DNA of 64,000 nt, from assembly GCF_009834535.1 (NCBI RefSeq), contig NC_045697.1, positions 14,758,001 to 14,822,000 on the forward strand. The letters are read 5' to 3'. Origin of the DNA: Camelus ferus (Eukaryota). The first letter of the stretch is position 1. Each line of letters starts with the position of its first letter. The position numbers and the translations under genes were made by a program. The notes under the pieces are model-generated. The model saw only the letters and a program-made list of their open reading frames with translations. It ran no database searches and had not been told where the DNA came from. Positions 1-14,899 of the stretch are shown here, piece after piece.

Positions 1-3000
1 AAAGGAGTGTCTTGAGTGGCTGGTTTTTGGTTTTTCAGCTTATCTGTGTGCTCTTCTGTTACAAGGGAGGGTCACAGACTTTAAGGCACACTTCTATTTT
101 ATTATATTTTACTTCATTGACCGTTTTGATGAAAGTGAATATGAAATAAAACTATTTGACTTTGGATTTACCTTTTGAAAAATAATCATGTGGTATTGGC
201 CTACTGTTTCATCATATATAATTTTTTAAATGTCACATGTATCAGAGGCTAATTCTAGTTTTTCACCACTATGGGTGTGCAGAACATACTTTCTACACCT
301 TTATCAGATTATGTCCCTTCTATTTTATGTCCTTATTATACTCTAGGTTCTGTGACTCATTTATCCACACATTCAGTCATTTGCTCTTCAAATATTTATT
401 CAGGCAGCACCAGTCTAGGCACTGGGGATACAGCAGAGGACATAACAGACAAAATTCTGCTGACATCAAGCTTTTATTTTGAGTGTGTCAGGACACTGTG
501 ACCTTGGCCAAGTCATGTAATCTATTTGTGCTTTGGATTCCTCATCTTTAAAATGGGTAAAATATTACTTGCCCATTCTTTCAAAAGTGAATTTTGAGGA
601 CACGTCCAGATTAAAGTTTGTCCATGTTAAAGACAAAAGCAGCATTTTAATTTTCAAAGCGTTGATTCCACAATTATTTCTAGCACCAACAAACTGAACT
701 CATAGGCATAAAGCAATTGAAGGCACAAAACCACTGCCACGTTTGTCTCTAGTGCTAACAGGCAGATTGCCAAATTCTGCATCTAGTCACTCAGTTTTGT
801 CAAAATATAGCAGGCTTTTTGATGTTGTTATTAGCAGAAAATGAAGCCCATATCCATCCTATTTTTTCCTCTGCCTATGATAAAAATATAATGAAACTAT
901 TCAAAATAAAAATGCACTCAACTGCATATGATGCAAAAGAATAACTCTGCTGAACTCAGCAACTACTTAATGCACCCCATTCCCTGCCCATCAGCTTGGA
1001 TATTGAGACTACTTTCTAAATATGCAGAGACAAGCCTTTTTATACTTATTGGAAGGTCAAGAGTTTGGGAAGTATGGAGGTATAAGGCAGACAGGAATAC
1101 AGTACCACATATTTATTAAATAATATATTGAAGACAGAAACATACCAGGCATGTTGCAAAGTATAAAACAAGCACCTGTGATTTCCGCCACCCTGGTTTC
1201 TGCCACCATCACTTCTTACCGTGGTAACTGCAAAAGCCTCCAAACTGATTTTGCTTACTTCTGCTTTGCCTCCTACCCCATGAAGACATCAGTTAGAGTA
1301 ACTCACTGAAAATATAAGCTATATCATAACATCTGCCCCAAACCTTTATCGTCTTCCCCAAAAAGCCAAATTCTCTGCAATAAACTACACAAAGTACTTG
1401 TTGAATGGGAGAATCAACTTCTCAATCACCAGTTAGACTTAGGTCACACATAAGACTCAATCTTTGCCCTCGGTGATTTGTTGGGTGTTAAAATCGACAC
1501 AAAAAGCAATCAGAACATTGTAAAACAATCTATTCCTGGGATCCCCAACAAATGGTGTGAACAAGGACTTCTGGAGAAGTTAGGAGGAGAAGTTCATGTT
1601 GGCCATAGTGGTCTGGATTTCTTGTACAACAGACACTTAAATATGAGTTGGGGACAAGAATGCCCTGGTAATTATGTTGTTATCTAGTTAAACACAGGAC
1701 AGAAAATACACCTATAATTCTAAATCCGTACCTACCACCTCTCTGATTCTATAAGATCCAATTTATATCCTCTGGGATAGCTTAAACTATCAAACTAAGT
1801 ACAAACCAGTTACTTCTGCTGATGTAGTCAAAGTACCCTGACACAGACAGACATAAAGGAGACACACATGGCACCGATGTAAGACACTGACTTAATGTGT
1901 CAAATTCAGAACAGTGACAGGTCCATCTTAAAGGTGGTAGACACGCTTAAGCTCAAGTAAATTCTTCTCTGGCATCCAATAAATTGCAACTTGATTAAGT
2001 GGTGTTTTTGCACATATATGGTACAAATCCAACTGATATTCTCCGTAGTCTCTGAGAGCCTGGATTCAATTGTGATTCAACAAGGAGAGATTAAATTAGA
2101 TACAGCGTCAGGAGAGTACTGGGTTTCTAATTCTAATTATTTGAAAATTGGTAATCTGTGTACATATGGCAACTTCCCCCCTGATCTGAATATTGGATTA
2201 AGTGAAACACCCTGGCATTGCCAACTGAGTTGATTACATCTAATGAGCTAGAAATGTGGAAACAGCTCTGGGCCCTTCATCACAGGCTGCAATCTTTCAG
2301 CAGATTCCTTGGCAAAGGAAGAAGGAAAACAAATTCTGTACAAGAGTGGTCTTCAAGCCACGTCTGCCCCTTTCACCAGCAAACCTTCAGTTCAAGACCA
2401 CTGCATATTGTTTGCTTGGCTAACTTCTAAAATAGACTGGCTGATTCCCAGGTAACAATATGATCACCAAAAAAAAAAAAAAAAAAAAAAACCATGAAAT
2501 GACTAAAAATGTTTTAAATATCAGAGGAGTTCTCATAAGCAAAAGATATTCTCAGGATAGGTAAAGGTTAAAAATGTGTTTCCCAAATTTCAGTTATTCA
2601 CAACCACCTTTAATATCTCTACCAAAATCCACATTTCATTTATACTATTGTTATTTTTCTTAAAGTAATTCACTCGATTTACACTTAAATATACTATTTT
2701 TAAATGAAATATTTTATCATAACCAAATTCCAAATAAGTATCATTTGCCATAAAGAGGTAACTACAAACTCCCTACTAAATACAGTGTTTGTAATGATTA
2801 TCCATATATCACCTAGAAGCACCTTGCACCATCGTGATATTGTCTTTAAACTTTGGGAAATTTTGATTCAGAGCAATGATACTCATTTTTTATTTAACTA
2901 CCCACATATGCGGACAACACACAGACACACACATAAATACACATAACTGAAACAAAAGTTTTATGAAACAATATTTACCTTAAATCATATCTGATATTTT

Positions 3001-3794
3001 TTCTCTCTCATTAAATATGATAAGACCCCACAAAAATGACTTCTCAACCCAGTAATGGCATATGACCATTAGTCTGTAAAACACCAACTTGGATAAATGG
3101 GATAGAGTGGTGTTATTCTCATTTTAGTATCTGAAATGCTAACATAATGCAATTTGCCCTAATAAAAGTATGAATTACACGTTGATGAGAAAACAAAGAG
3201 CTTCATTAATTTTAGAAATGTCTACATTGTCTTTTATATACAGTAATTTTTTTTCATAATTCCTATCCCAGCCTTCAAGGCAGAAACTTGTAACTGTTTT
3301 ACATGTATTAATCGAAGTATGTTCATAGAAAACTGGACTCACAAAATATTAATAATGTTAATTAATAAAAACAGAATCCATGCTTACTTGTGTGTCTGTG
3401 TATGTGAAATGCCAGGATAAATGAAATTTAGATGTTTTAAAATATATTTTAAAAATTGATATTTTTACTACAGAACTTCTCAGAACCTTTAAAATGCTAA
3501 TGAGCATTGTTGTTTTCCCAGCGGATCATATGCTATCCAACGTTTTTCAAAATGTTTTCAGTACGAAATATTTTCTGGGTAGAATACGTTGGAGGTTACA
3601 TATTTCTCTTGATGTGTATTGGTAAGTTGTTGCTTCTATGGCTTTTCATATTCCTCCATGCCTCCACGATGCTCTTTGCTTCTGCAAAATGAGTAATTGC
3701 TCCTTCTTGACCACAGCACAAACTTTTCATCTGCATTCCTTACTCATAGTATTTCACAGCTAGCTCATATTCAACTGTTAAAATGCATTTATCT

Positions 3795-4262
3795 CCACAT
3801 AAATATTTGCACACAAAATAGATAAAACATAGAAACAATCCAAATACCCTTCAATAAGAGGATGGTTAAACAAAATGCATGACATCCATACAACAGAATA
3901 CTATTCAGCAATTAAAAGAATGAATTATTGATACAGGCTACATCAATAGATCTCAAACATTAAGTAAAAAAGCCAAATACAAAAAGTCACATAGTCTATG
4001 AACACATTTGTATGAAGTTATCACCAAGGGAAAACCTATCAAGACAGACAGTAGAATCGTGGTTGCCTGGAGCTGTGGATGGGAGTGGAGAGTAACTGTA
4101 AATGGGCAGGAGGGATCCTGTTGGAACAATGGAAGTGTTCTAACACTGGATGTGTATAATTGTTACACAACATGGTGAATTTACTAAAATTCACTGATTT
4201 GTATGCTTAAAATGGGTAAATTTTGTGGAATATAAATTGTGTCTCAATAAAGTTATTAAAAA
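3795..4262 (+). mobile_element. old L1 (L1MB/L1MC-type) 3' fragment
   Basis: L1 ORF2-end/3'UTR motifs (aaacaatccaaatacccttcaata, gtagaatcgtggttgcctggagc) ending tctcaataaagttattaaaaa. Confidence 0.75.
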
Positions 4263-5118
4263 TTTCAGCCAGCCAGCCGGCCAGCCATTCATCCATCCAC
4301 TCACCCATTCTTCCTTCTGTTAAGAGTCTTTCTCTCCTGCTTCAATCTGAATGAGGCCTGTCCTTGTTTGGAAAGCACACACTATTTTGTTTATATACAT
4401 CTTGAACCCTTGTCATTTGCTTTTCCACCCTTCCTTGTATTATATTCATTTGATTATTTGTCTAATATCCTCACTGGACTGAATGGCAAACACAAATGAC
4501 CTCAGACTATTCCATGTAAAAATGAATACTGCTGAACCTAAGTGTAAGAAGCATTTCTATTTAAGGCAGGTTAACCATAATAAAAGCATGTACAGAAATG
4601 CTCAGTAGTGGGCATCCTTAAATTGGCTGCTCTGAAATCTGAAATTTACCCTTTGTTATTTAACTTTAAATAGAAGTTTAATACCTCAACACATCTGCTA
4701 CTATTTCAAGGAATAATAAAACTAGCAGCAGCAAAGGCAGAAACATCAGGCGCAACTGCCTTTACTGGACACCCACTTCGGCTGGTGACGGTGCTGGGTG
4801 CTTCGCATTCTGTGGCTATTATTCCAGAAAAAGAAACTAGGCACAGTGAAGTTAAGTCACTTGTTTTAGGTTGGGGGCCCGGGAAGCAGAGTCTAAGGCA
4901 GATTTCCCATGCCTTGGCTTACAGAGGGACTGCCTTTAAGAGAAACTAGAAATGAGATGCAGGAAGCAAGAAAGGAAAGAGGAAGGAGCCAGGATATCTC
5001 TAGGGGAAAGAGATGGTTACAGGCTAATCCAAGGGGCACTCAGGAGGATAAATAGGAGGGCAGAGTCTGTCCTGTCTTGAGCCCAGGAGGTAAGGCTTAA
5101 ATATACCTACTGTCCCAG

Positions 5119-5121
<3 letters not shown>

Positions 5122-5157
<36 letters not shown>
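5122..5157. repeat. (GT)18 microsatellite
   Basis: Perfect GT run. Confidence 0.95.
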
Positions 5158-5159
<2 letters not shown>

Positions 5160-7564
5160 ATGTGTGTGTGTATGTCCGTGTCCCAGGCAGCTTGGCTGCA
5201 TTCACCCAAGGATTATCCTCCAGAGAAGGTCACAGGTGGGAGCCCTTAGTGAATGCCCACAGTTGGGGGTGGACACACCCACCAGGAAAAGGGGTTCCAA
5301 GAGACCTAGGCAGACACCAGCTGCTACAGCTCCTGATCCAAATCACACCCCTGGTGAAGAGAATATCTCGAATTCAAGCCCCAATAAACCTAACTTCTAC
5401 ATCAGTGCTTTTAACCCTCTACCTTTTCTCTTCAGTATCACATTTTGTTATGTCATGCCCTTAAAGCACACACAAACACACAGACACAACTGCACACACG
5501 CCTCTGTGATGACCTAGGTTGATCCATTAGCATCTATTTTTAAATTAAATATTAATTCAAACTAGGATAATACAGTCAAGCCTATCTGACACCCTTCTTT
5601 AATCTTGCTTTTAATGAATAGATAAAAATAAATTTTAATTACATGCATTATTTAAAGTGTCTGAGGAGCCTGGAGGTTGCATGAAAGCAGCTGACTTCTT
5701 CCAGCATTTTAAGTATTCCCCATGCCAAATCATTGTTAGACTAACACATTTACATTCTCCGTGAATAAAGATTCGTTCAGAGCCTCAGTTCAGACAGTGC
5801 TCCCATCACTACACGTTCCAAATGAGTCAGTCTGAATTTTGGAGAAATTACTATGTATCTTTAATTTTCTCTTTATCAGCGATAAAATCATGAAGGCAAG
5901 TGGAATTTGATGTTAGAAATTACAATCTGAAAACCAAGCAAACAAACCAAAGCACAACACGATGCCTACCATCCAGCAACGCACAAAGGAGCTGGCTTCG
6001 TTCCGACGATGGCAGGACTTGCTGCAGTAACACAGAGACTGTTCACGAGAAACGACAAACCCTCAGCGAACATCGCTTGCCCGAGCCGCAGGAGCCTATC
6101 TATGTTCATCCATTTCTGTCCTTCCTCTAATTCAGTATCCTTTCCATTTAAATGCAGACATACAGGGGATTCTGTGTCCCCCACTCATCTTGCACCCCTC
6201 TCTTTTCCTCTTCTCTCTCTTATTTTGCCTATTTTTAAAGTCAGTCTCAGAGCTCTCAACTTCAGAATATATAGCCACGAGGTCAGGACATTTGGAATAA
6301 ACAGAATGTTTGATTAGATGACGTTGTGTGTGCATTTCACGTAGAAAATAAAGTGCTACCCTGGATAGCTGCCTGTGAAAAGGCTGCCATGCCGTGACAA
6401 TGACACAATAATTGGTTGAGCAGGTGAAAATATTATGTGATAAATGGCATCCCAACCTGGCTGCACTTTAAGCCTGGGAAGTGACAAAAGGGGGAGATAA
6501 GGTATATTGCTTTGGGGTAAAGGAAGCATGAGTCAGAGACCAAGTCCCTGGATGCATTTTCTCTGAAAAGGAAATCTCATAGAGTGAGGCATCTTATATC
6601 CTATTTTAAACCAGAGCCAGAAACATTTCTCCTCAATGAGCAATTTGCAAGACACTTCCCCAGGGATTCCGGATGTCTGTCAGAAAACCTCTCTGTAAAT
6701 TTTTTTCCATTCATTGGAGAGAAGGGAAGGGAGGAAATATTCATGACATATGTTTATGCTTTTCATCTGTTATTTAATTTTCACAAAGAGTATTTATTTG
6801 TGGATAAAATATTATCCTTCTTTTGAAGACAAAACTGAGAATCAAAGAAATTAAAAACAAAACAAAAAGAAAAGAAAAGAAAAATAGTAACACAGATTCA
6901 CTAAAAGACAGAGCTTGGATTCAAGTCCAGACCGTTTTGACCCAGATGACCACGCCCCTTGCACGCACTCGTGCTGCCTACAGCACAACATAACATCTCC
7001 CAAATGTGTTCTGCTGGATGTTAATAGGAGCCAAGCTTTGCTTAAAGTTTAGTAAAAGCAGGCTAGTTTGTTTATAAGACTTCTCAGCACTTCTAATACA
7101 TCCAAGTATGTTCTGAGCCTCCAAGTGGGGCCTACAGCACAGTGTTTCCCAAAGTCCATGACCACAGAGGCCTTTTCCTGCATGGCCCTCAACTCTACTG
7201 AAAACATTTTAGAAACTACCGTTCCTCTGGTAGTACTCTACGGCAGAAGACAAAAGAGACTAACTAGCAAGCTAAAGGGCCTACTTTTTTTTTTTTTAAT
7301 TTACTTTTTAGACTTTTGCATTGTCTGAAGTTTTACGAACTTGCATTAATTTGGGAAAGAAAAAACAAAGTATCATTTATATGAATGAAGGTAAATACTA
7401 CTATAATAATACCAATAATATCAATAATATCATGTATTTTTCTATTAGAATGTATTTAAAAATACGTGAAAATAAATATGTGCTAAACAAAGTCCCGTGA
7501 CTCTTATTAGCACTAGGTAAAGGCAAACGTGAGAACGTATTCACGTAACGTCTGATGAGTATTG

Positions 7565-7769
7565 CAGTCGGCCCCCACACCGTGGGTTCAGCACCTGTGG
7601 GTTCAGCCAGCTGCTGATGGAATCTGGCTGAGTCCTCGGAAGCAGGACCCACGGATACAGAGCGCCAGCTGTAATACTGCTGTTTTACATAAGGACTTGT
7701 GTAGCCTCAGATTTCGATAACCGCAGGGGTCCTAGAACCAATCCCCGATGGCTACTAAGGGGGTGACGG
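7565..7769 (-). mobile_element. TcMar-Tigger MITE (MER2B-like)
   Basis: Begins cagtcggccc and ends ggggtcctagaaccaatccccgatggctactaagggggtgacgg, matching MER2-type terminal repeats, with an internal TIR-like copy near 7648-7673. Confidence 0.7.
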
Positions 7770-7794
7770 CATAATAGTAAGTCAATAATAAACA

Positions 7795-7990
7795 GAGTTA
7801 TGTACGGCCAGGCATTGTCTAAGTGCCTGATACACAATGCTAGCTCATTTAACCATCATAACCACCCCCTGAGATAAATATTATTATCTCCATGTGATAG
7901 ATGAGGAACCTGGAACAAAGATAAGTTACTTTGCTTCTCAAAGTCCTACCAGTGCTTAAGTAAGTGTGTGGCAGAATCTGGTGCCAGATT
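7795..7990 (-). mobile_element. MIR SINE
   Basis: MIR core: ctcatttaaccatcataaccaccccctgagataaatattattatctccatgtgatagatgaggaa. Confidence 0.75.
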
Positions 7991-8558
7991 TTTTTTTATT
8001 TATTTTATTAATTCCATACTGCTTATGTCCCTCACTTCAACGTGTTTTGCAAAGGAGTCCAGAAGCCTTGGGAGGGTTCCTGCAGCCTATGTAAAGCTAT
8101 TTTAGGGCTCCCACTATTTTATTTCCCCTTTTAACTTTCCACCCCTCTTCTTGAGCTTTTGTTACTGGGAAATATAATTATGTATACAATATCAAAAATA
8201 TTTTAAAATAAAAAAAACTATAAAATTTGACTCAGCAATGTAAAAGTAGCATTACTTCACAGTCATTGGCCTGACTCCCTTCCTCAGAGCCACGTGCTGA
8301 GCACCGAGTAAGCCCTGCTGCAGGGAGAGGAGCATGAGTCGCAGACTCCCTCTGCCTGGAAAAAGGCGCCCAGCTGTGCCGAGTAGGCAAGATGTTTAAC
8401 TGCCAGAAGCTGGGTTTGTTCCTCCAGGGAGAGGATTTGTGTTGATTCATGCACAGCCTCTTGGGAGGTCTTCCTTGTCCCCAGGGGCACGTGGTCCTTT
8501 GTATGATGTCTAGTCGGGAGGAGCTGTGAACTCAGTACTGGCTCACAACACAGCTGCT

Positions 8559-8575
8559 CCCCCCCCCCCCCCCCC
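8559..8575. repeat. C17 homopolymer (G17 on the KCNIP4 sense strand)
   Basis: Counted directly. Confidence 0.9.
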
Positions 8576-8819
8576 GCCGCAAGGTGCTATCTGTACCTGT
8601 AACCTGCCTGTTTTTCCGTGAAGCTTTAACCATGCACAGGTGTGTGCGTAGGCTACAGGCAAAACACATCCAAAACAAAGTAAAGTGAAAGAGACTTACG
8701 TTAAAGTAGAAGCCACTGTCACTATCACAAAAAAGAGACAAAGTGGACTAACCACTTAGATTTGATTTTGAAAAAAAAAAGTCTCAATAATTCTTAAAAG
8801 TAGTAAGAGCAAATGGTCA

Positions 8820-9030
8820 CACAGTGCTCCCCTTGGGCCAGGCACTACAGATGTTTCACATATTTTGTTTGTCCTCAAAACCCTATGGTATCAATACTAT
8901 TATTATCTCCTTTTTACTGATGAGAACAAAAAGGCTAAGCAGCGTGCCCAAGATTACAAAGCAGGTAAGTGCCCAGGCTAGAGTTCACACTCAAGTTGTC
9001 AGACTTCAGAGTGCAGGCTCCCGACACCAC
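8820..9030 (-). mobile_element. MIR SINE
   Basis: MIR core: attatctcctttttactgatgagaacaaaaaggct ... gcccaagattacaaagc. Confidence 0.75.
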
Positions 9031-12000
9031 CAGGCCGTCTCTGATACAACGTGTAACCGGCACTGACTGGAGGAGTCCTCTCTGCTGGCTGCTGCCCCGA
9101 TGTTGTCCTGTTTTAGCTCATTACTCTCCACAGGAAGGCTAGGAGGTTGGCCTTATCCCCTCGTGTCAGAGAAGGAAAACTAAGATCCAATGACTAGCTA
9201 GTGGCTGAGTCAAGATGAAAACACGAGATCGCTGGAAACCAATGCTGGGTTCTTCCCACAAAGCTACCATTTCAGAGGAGTCATTTTTGGACTTAAGTTC
9301 TGTCAACACGCAGCTATGTTCCTTACTTTGTATTCCCAGATCACAGCCTAGAGCCTCAATGTAGAGTTTCTTTCTACCCCAAATTGCATCGACTTGAATC
9401 AAGGCCAACCCAGTCTTCTTCAAATTCATTATTCAAGAAAAAAAAATCTGGTAACGAAAAAGGAAAATTATATGGATCTTCCCTGTGGCCAAATTTTATA
9501 AAGTACTTTTAAAAGAAAAAAAAAAGCGTATGAGTGGTATTTAAAATTCTTTGGGGAGCTGTTCAATGAAATCTTTGAGAAAGTCTTAAAGGCTTTCTTC
9601 TATTTCTTGAAGCCTCTATCACTCCTTTCCTGTCAATCTGTTCCCCATACTAAATAATTTGTATCTAGGTTTTCACATGAATGGTGCCCACTCACACACA
9701 AGCAAGCTGCTGCTTAAGAAAGAAAATTACTGGAGCTCAGAAGTGAGGGAAGCCAAGAACTGCCAAGAAGCAGCCAACTCCCCCTGCACCCTCCTCCCTC
9801 GCCCCGCCCTTTCTCATGTATCACGTATCACACACCGGGTCCAATTTTCCCTTTCAGGGGAAATGAAGCAAAACACATAAATGGAGTGAAATGGTTTATT
9901 CCTGAGAGTCATAAAACTACAGATCCTTGTAAAAGGCTCAGAAAACGAGCTCTTCTTCTAGGTAAGTGAGGCTCTAAGGAAAAGTATCACTATCCCAGGC
10001 CTGTGATCACTTCCTTGACACAGGAATATTTAAGGAGACACCCTTGATCAACCACTCTAGGAATTCGAAGTTGAAAAATGACTTCACGGTATGAAAATCT
10101 GCCCTTCAAGTTCCAAGAACTTTCGTCTGAATGATCTTATTTTTACAGAGAAACAAACACAGAACTCTTCGATTTTAAATATGTTTTCTGGGTCAAAAAA
10201 AAGTTTTTCATTTTAAATTGATACATGACTATGTTCCAATGGGCACTGCATTTCTCCTATTGGAAAAAAAAATAATGTGCATTTCATATTAATGTTCTTT
10301 TCCTTTTAAAAGTAACCTCTAGAATGTTATATAGACACATGCCAAAAAATGGACAAATTCAAAGGAGAAATGAAAAACGCCAGTGTCTGTTCTCTCCACA
10401 TCCCGTGTGTATTTTTTTAAAATGAGAACATCATTTTGCACATTGTTTTGAAATTTATTCTTTAAATTTAAGAAATATATTCTGAACATCTTTTCCACAC
10501 AGGGGTATTTGACAGTCTCATAGGACACACGCTAGGCAAATGGGAGAATTTATCAACAAGCAAATGCAATAGGGCTCTTTCCCAAACTGAATGAACTCAG
10601 AACTGAAGCAAGGCCAGGCGAGATGGCACTGATCATCAGGTGAGGGAGGAACCCACACTTAGGGAGGGCAGCAATTTGGACCCAGAAGGGGCAGCCAGGA
10701 AACCACAAGATGGGGCCTTTCCAAATCCAAGTAGGGCAATGTAGAACCTGGTGAGTAAGAACCAGGAGGAGGTAAGAGCACTTACTGGGCACTTACCAGG
10801 GACCAGAACTAGTCATCCCAAACATTTTATGCCATTAAATATGTACTGCTTGCAGATAATTGTCTGTAAGCTAGATCCAGTAGAGGATTTTATAGAAGAA
10901 AGAGAGCATCAGGAAGGTTAAATAACTTGTCTGAGATCACACAGCTGGAGTAGAGATTGCAGTCAGAGTGTTTTCACTTCAAAGGCATGTGGCATATTCC
11001 ACTTCAACCCACAGTCAGGCTTCGTTCTCTCGCCTGTGCTCTTTTTCACCGTGCTCCTCTTCTCCTTCGTTCTTGTACATATGGTTAAATCTAAATCCAT
11101 CTCCCAAGGAATCTTCACAGGTCTTGGTGCAAAAGAATCAAGAATTGGGTTCTTCAAAGAGCTCAACAACTTATCATATTAACTGATAAACTTCATGGCT
11201 TATGTTCTTGGAATGTGTATGGGGTGTGTGTGTGGGGGTGTGTGTGTGTGTGAAGTTTCTAAGTGTGTGCACTCATGGGTCTAATGTATGTTTACACAGA
11301 CACATTTTTGTGCACAAATGTATGTATACATGAACATACGCACTTACATACCTCATTGATTTTAATAGTCATTGAACACACATTTTTGCAGGTAGGACAT
11401 CAGATTACTAACTGTTAGATATCAAACTTTTCAAAAGCTAATAAGAGATTGGTGACTAAAGGTTGTAGAAAACAGAAAAGTACAATGGCATCACCATCAA
11501 AAAAAATCTGATGAAAATATCTTTGATTCTGAAACTCAGAATCTAAGCAGAAAATTCCTCTCGGCTTGTTTGAATTTTACTCCATTTATGAAGGAACACT
11601 ACATACACAGCTTTAAGAAATTCATCTGCTGTTGGAAGAGTGGTCTGAGAGTACTTTCTCAAGCATTTTCACCATAACACATAAGCTAAAATTTGTAAAC
11701 ACTTCGTTGGATCCTCTCCCCAAGCAAGTTTACTAGTTATTTTGATTTACAGTGCACCACTGTGGCCACAAAATTGAGAAGTAAAATTTTCAGTCTTCGG
11801 CCTGCACCTCATCACACAACTGGAGAACACAGTTCCCGTGTGGTTCCACTTTAACTCTTCCGTACTTGTACCTCCACAGTCTCGCGTCGCTGTATCTGTT
11901 GTGCATACTTGGAGGTAGTGTTAAGCATACTCCCTCTAGTTCCTTTGCTGTTCTTCTCTCCTTTCACTTGCTCCCCACTTCCACCCTCTCCTGGAACATG

Positions 12001-13223
12001 TCTGGAAAGAATGATCTTGCAGTAAGGGACCCAAGAAGGTGCTTACTCTATCCGAGGCAGGGAGAGTCTTCTTTTAAAATTACAACTAGGATTTCAAATG
12101 AGCACTAAGCACTGCCCAGCCATCATCTCACACTTGCTCAGCAAATTCACCTCCCCAGGCTCTGAAGAGACTACACTGTACTCTCCCTCTTGAAAACTTC
12201 CATTACTCCCCATGCCACAAATGCTTTTCACCTCATTCTGCTTCATATTAACAGAAGAGGAAAGCAATCAGACACAATGTCTCTCAACTTCCCATTATGA
12301 ATGTATCAACATTTACGTCCACATCCTCTGCCTTCCTAGCACATAACACAGGGAGGAAAGGCTCTGCTGCAACCAGGGCCAACTCCTCTACAACAGCAGG
12401 GACCTCAGTGTTTTGGTCCCTCTTGTACCCCCAGCCCCCAGAACAGCACCCAATAGGAGGTTGGTAAATACAGGTTAAATGAATGTATGCATGAATGAAT
12501 GAATCCCTATGAAGATGAAAGGGTTTCTTTGTCTTAGATGAAGAGGAGGACAGGGCAAAGAAAGATTTCTAGAGCAGTACTCCAAATCTGTAGCATACAG
12601 GTAGATAATCACCTATAAAACAAATCATAAATAAATAACAGATGACATTGACTCTTGCCTCATTCCCTCAGTCTTTGCCCTACCTAGATTTTACACAGTA
12701 TGTACGATTAACGGCCACATTTGTAGAGCACCACAATAGAGCGGGGCACTGTCCATTCATGTCTTTAGTCTTCACAGCAATGACCAATTTACCAATGATG
12801 AAACCGAGGCTAAAAGAGATCCAGTAAGTCACCCAAGGTCAACTAGTCCGTGAAGGAGGTGGAATTCAATCCGTATCTGTCGGATGTAAAAGTCCATGCT
12901 CTCTCCACTCAGCCATGCCGCTAGTCAGCTCCTGGGACCTTCCTGCAGGTACAAGCTCATCTAGCTCCCGAGTCAACTCTGTGGGGAAGTGAACTGCACT
13001 CCCCCTCCAGCCAGCAACACCTGGAAACGCTGTACTGCCAAATGATCTCTTCCTCCCTGCACCAGCTGTGACACCCTGTAGCCATGGAGATTTGCAGAGA
13101 GACACGGGGACCCTGGTGGGAACTTCCTATCCAGCTTCCTGTCCTGGAGGATGGACCTTGCTCCCTGTGTCCCCAGCCATAAGTTTTATGATGCCAGAAA
13201 AGGCAAGATTTTCTAAGCTCACG

Positions 13224-13426
13224 GTAGGGGTAGATCTTGGTTAGGTCAGGCCTGAATCTTATTTAATGTGGAGGAGAAGAGTCTATGAGAAAAGAGGGGA
13301 AAAAGTCACATATACAAAATCTGGTGCGGAAGTTAATATTTACTGAGAATGAGAAGGGGAAGGGGCCTCCACACTTGAGGAACTCTGCAGCTTGACCTTC
13401 ATTTACTCAAGGTAATTCTGTCTCTG
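13224..13426. mobile_element. hAT-type DNA transposon MITE fragment
   Basis: Ends resemble hAT MITE TIRs (gtaggggtagatc ... agcttgaccttcatttactcaaggtaattctgtctctg); family uncertain. Confidence 0.45.
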
Positions 13427-14899
13427 ACCATGACCTTGCCCTACCTGTGAGGCAGGTACATGATGGCTGAGAACCTGTGTTCTCCAGTTTGACAGCATAG
13501 CTTTTAATCCCTGCTGGACCACTTCCAGGTGCGTGATCTTAGCCAGGTGATTGAAACTTCCAGAGCATATATTTTCTCATTTCTTTAATCTTCAATTATA
13601 TAACTGGTTCATAAAAACTGCTGTCAACATGAATAATGCATTGACAGTGCTGGCCATGGTCCCTGGCATAGGCTCCACAAATTTCTCATTCAGGTGTTAT
13701 TGGTATTATTAGCATCTGATGCTATCTGTCTGCTCACCAGCTCTGGGACCTCGCTACTCAAGGCCCCACTCCTATATATTCATTTGATGCCTGCCTGAAT
13801 GCCTAAGCACCTGGCATTTGGGATATGACCCTGGGTCTTCTCCAATGTGGATCATATTTTGGCATACCTCATCAGTTTTTTTTCAGAAGCCTTGCTTCCG
13901 CCTGTGTACCAGAAATCTCCTCCCTCCCTGAATTACCTGAGTATAAGCCAAAACACTAGAAAATAGCAATATAATGAAAAAAAAGTTCATCATATATTCC
14001 TAAGAAAATAAATAAAGAGCCAGAATCCCTGTAACTATGGCTAATAACATCATTCTTACAGGGCTTTGTAAAAAAAAAAAAAAGATAAAATAAATATGCA
14101 AAATTATTAGCTTCTCACCTAGAATATATCACTCTATCATAGATGGTGTACTTATTATGGCTTCTAATGTTATCAGTTAGTTCTGTCATTTATAAAAAGT
14201 CAATTAACCTTCCTGGGCCTCAGTTTACTCAGACAATGAGGGGAGGTGGACTACACTCTCTATGATTCTTGCTAGTTCCAAAAACTGTTATTAGTACAAA
14301 TAATCTGGGGTATTATTCATATCTCAATCTGGAATATGCCCAATTTGAATATTTATCTTTGAAGCCAATATGTGGAGGAAGGACCAGTTACTCAAAGGAT
14401 AACAGCATGGCTGGAATTCCACCTCCTGGTGGAATCTGTCTCTTCACCTCCACTGGTGTTATACCGTCACTACGGCAGGTGCTCAAGGAATACCATTTGA
14501 TTTTTTCAAATGCCTGCTTTAGTAAAGCCGTATTAAGACAATTTACATCATCCCTGGAGATGCAGTTAAGAGTGGGGTTTATATCCTAGGATCTTGAAGC
14601 AGCTAAGGAGAAATGAAGACTAGAGCTGCTCACCAACCTCACATGGCCGGCAGAAGGGCAGATACAGCTTAACAAAGAGAAATCAGTATTTCAGCCTGAG
14701 CCTAGGCTAAGGGTCGGTCATGAGAGGTACAGGAAGTTTTCCCAGATAAGAGAGGTCTGACAAAAGGTCCTGGCAGTCGTGTGGGGCGGGGCAAAGAGGT
14801 ATCTGCCCACCCCGTGCCGAGACCGGGGCAGGCAGATGTGGTGTGGAAACTGGTATCAGGGCTGGAATCGGGCACTTGTAGAGATGTCTTAACCTAATC

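Noticed and set aside
5024..5517. ORFs with CV/HT repeats
   Set aside because: Translation of the (GT)n microsatellite.
7587..7607. REST/RE1-like TTCAGCACC half site
   Set aside because: The right half (GGACAG) is absent and the site lies within a Tigger MITE.
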